This document shows, in pieces, positions 62,357-64,000 of a DNA stretch of 64,000 nucleotides. Source of the DNA: Camelus dromedarius (Eukaryota); NCBI RefSeq assembly GCF_036321535.1, contig NC_087436.1:121026001-121090000 (forward strand). The letters are read 5' to 3'. Under the pieces are notes generated by a model. The model saw only the letters and a list, made by a program, of their open reading frames with translations. It made no database searches and had not been told where the DNA came from. The translations under genes and the position numbers were made by a program. The first letter of the stretch is position 1; every line of letters begins with the position of its first letter.

Positions 62357-63926
62357 CTAGAAATCTCTTAAGCAAGACACAAAGGGCACAAACTCTAAAA
62401 AGAACAAAGAATTAATTGGGCTACATTAAAATTTAGTACTTCTTTCTATCCACCAGACACCACACAGAAAATGAAAAGACAGGCCACACTGGGAGAAGAT
62501 GTTTGAAACACAAATGACTGGCAAAGACTCATTAGGAAATACGTGGAGAACTCAACTATTCTCTAAGGGAAAGACCAAAAAATTTTTCTAACGGACACGG
62601 TATTTGAACATGTGCTTCACACACAAAAAAAGAAATTCAAAGGGCAAATGAACACAAGCAAAGATGCAGCCTTCATGAGCACGTAAGGAAATGCAAATTA
62701 AACCACAGTAAATCCTGGTTGATATTCACTCGGTTGTCAAAAATCTTGAGATTGGACAGAACCAAGGGTGGCTGGGATCTCGAGCCATGGTCTGGTCCCC
62801 AGAGAACGGGGCAGCCCTCCAGCAACCAGACAGCAGATCCAGGAAAGTTGAAGGAGTGAGAACGATGGACAAAGCAGGTCCCTTCTGGGTGTTTCAGTAA
62901 ACGAGTGTTCATGGCGTGGGCACTGGAATACGATGTTCTCCATGTCCGTATTGTGTTCAGGGTGGCAAGGGCGTCCGCAGAGCACGTTCTGCGACCACAG
63001 GGAACCGCAGGGGCACACACCAGCCTGACAGAAGCAAGTCACAAAGGGTTCCTATGACGTGGCCCAACTTACAGCAAATTCAAACACGGACAAGCAGACG
63101 TACGCTTGTGCTGGCTGAAGTGTAGGGACCAGCCAGAACCAGCTGTCACAAAATTGGGGTTAAGGGTCCCAAAGCAGAAGGGGGCGCCCAGGAAGCTGAG
63201 GAAAGGGACCTGTTGTTGTGCGTCTGTGATGCACTTCATGGTAATAAAGCAAAATCAATGCGCACTGTGAGTTTCCCTCTCTGCCAGTGGACTGAGGGAC
63301 TGGACAGCCCCCGCCCTGACCGTCCAGGTACACAGGGGCAGCTGGACCAGTGGGCCAGCCCAGCCAGGGCAGGCGGCAGCTGCCATGAGTCTGGAAGCCC
63401 GGGGGCTGAGGGGCACCTTTGCGGCGCCTCATCCCTTCTGAAGCCTCGGCCCGCAGGGTGAACCCCAGTCAGCCCTAAGTCAGCTAGAGACCTTGGCTGA
63501 ACGCTGCCTCAGACAGGAAGGGGCCCCACCGGTCTCTGGTCAGGCCCCTCTCTGGCACCTTGTCTTAAGGGAGATGGAGGAAGGACCCCAGGCAGGGTAT
63601 CCTCCTCCTCCAAGGTGTGGCCGGAGCCCTGATCTGATGGACCTCTTATGCTGGAGTTCCCTTCCTGGTCCGCTCTTCACCCACAGGCACCCAGGACAGG
63701 GAGGAAGCACCACCGTCTGCTGGAGGCCTCCCCAGCCCGGTGGCCTGAGGTAGTGGACTTGACCCCAAGAGATGACGACAGCACCCCCAGGAGGGAGACC
63801 AGCATCTCCTGGGAGCAGCAAAGACGTTCCCCCAAGGTCACTCCAAGTTCACCTTGGAAAGGTACGAGCCAGTACTCAAACCCAGAAGCGCCTGCCTCCA
63901 CGCTGCGGGCCCCACCTCCCCGACTC

Positions 63927-64000
63927 GTGCGCACACGCACACACACGCACTCACGCACTCATACACACTCACACACACTCTCACATACATACACGCGTAC
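63927..64000. repeat. Degenerate (CA)n tract running to the window edge
   Basis: GCACACGCACACACACGCACTCACGCACTCATACACACTCACACAC... Confidence 0.85.

Larger units (their letters stand above)
60410..63130 (+). mobile_element. Fragmented ancient L1 ORF2 hosting four later insertions
   Basis: L1 ORF2 landmarks resume across the inserts: TTAGAAAACGAAATT (60450) | CCATTTACAGTA...GGAATAAACCTAA (61230) | GAACTTGACAGTCTGATTCTAAAATT (61670) | TTGGGCTACATTAAAATT (62416) | AGGAAATGCAAATTAAACCACAG (62686). Confidence 0.75.

Noticed and set aside
1..64000. Naming the host gene or locus
   Set aside because: No exon I can confidently match to a known gene; a BLAT or synteny search is required.

Overview
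This is GC-rich mammalian genomic DNA, most likely camelid. The taxon call rests on two tRNA-Ala-headed SINEs resembling Vic-1, cetartiodactyl-type L1 3' UTRs, and no Alu, Bov-tA/Bov-A2, PRE-1 or CAN-SINE that I could see. I recognise no intact cellular protein-coding gene. Almost all ORFs in the track are stop-poor by-products of high GC, and the only ORFs with recognisable homology are LINE-1 ORF1/ORF2 fragments. The window reads as intergenic or deep-intronic sequence. It holds one young 5'-truncated L1 with TSD (30963-33915), many older L1 fragments (mostly + strand), MaLR/ERVL solo LTRs, MER20, MER58A, MER47, MIR remnants, a CpG-island-like element near 8 kb and a 40-bp CpG-rich minisatellite at 59.4-59.8 kb. 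Five observations stand out. (1) Old repeats are strongly rewritten A/T to G/C with CpG gain, consistent with GC-biased gene conversion. (2) The minisatellite carries a CTCF-like motif per unit and may derive from a GC-converted L1 endonuclease segment. (3) One retro-insertion has two opposed poly(A) tails inside a single TSD. (4) A nested L1>MLT2>MER47 stack gives a relative chronology. (5) Several unique AT-richer islands look like enhancers or decayed minus-strand exons. I found no well-supported novel multi-gene system. Repeat family names come from recalled consensus sequences and need RepeatMasker/Dfam confirmation; boundaries without a TSD are approximate.
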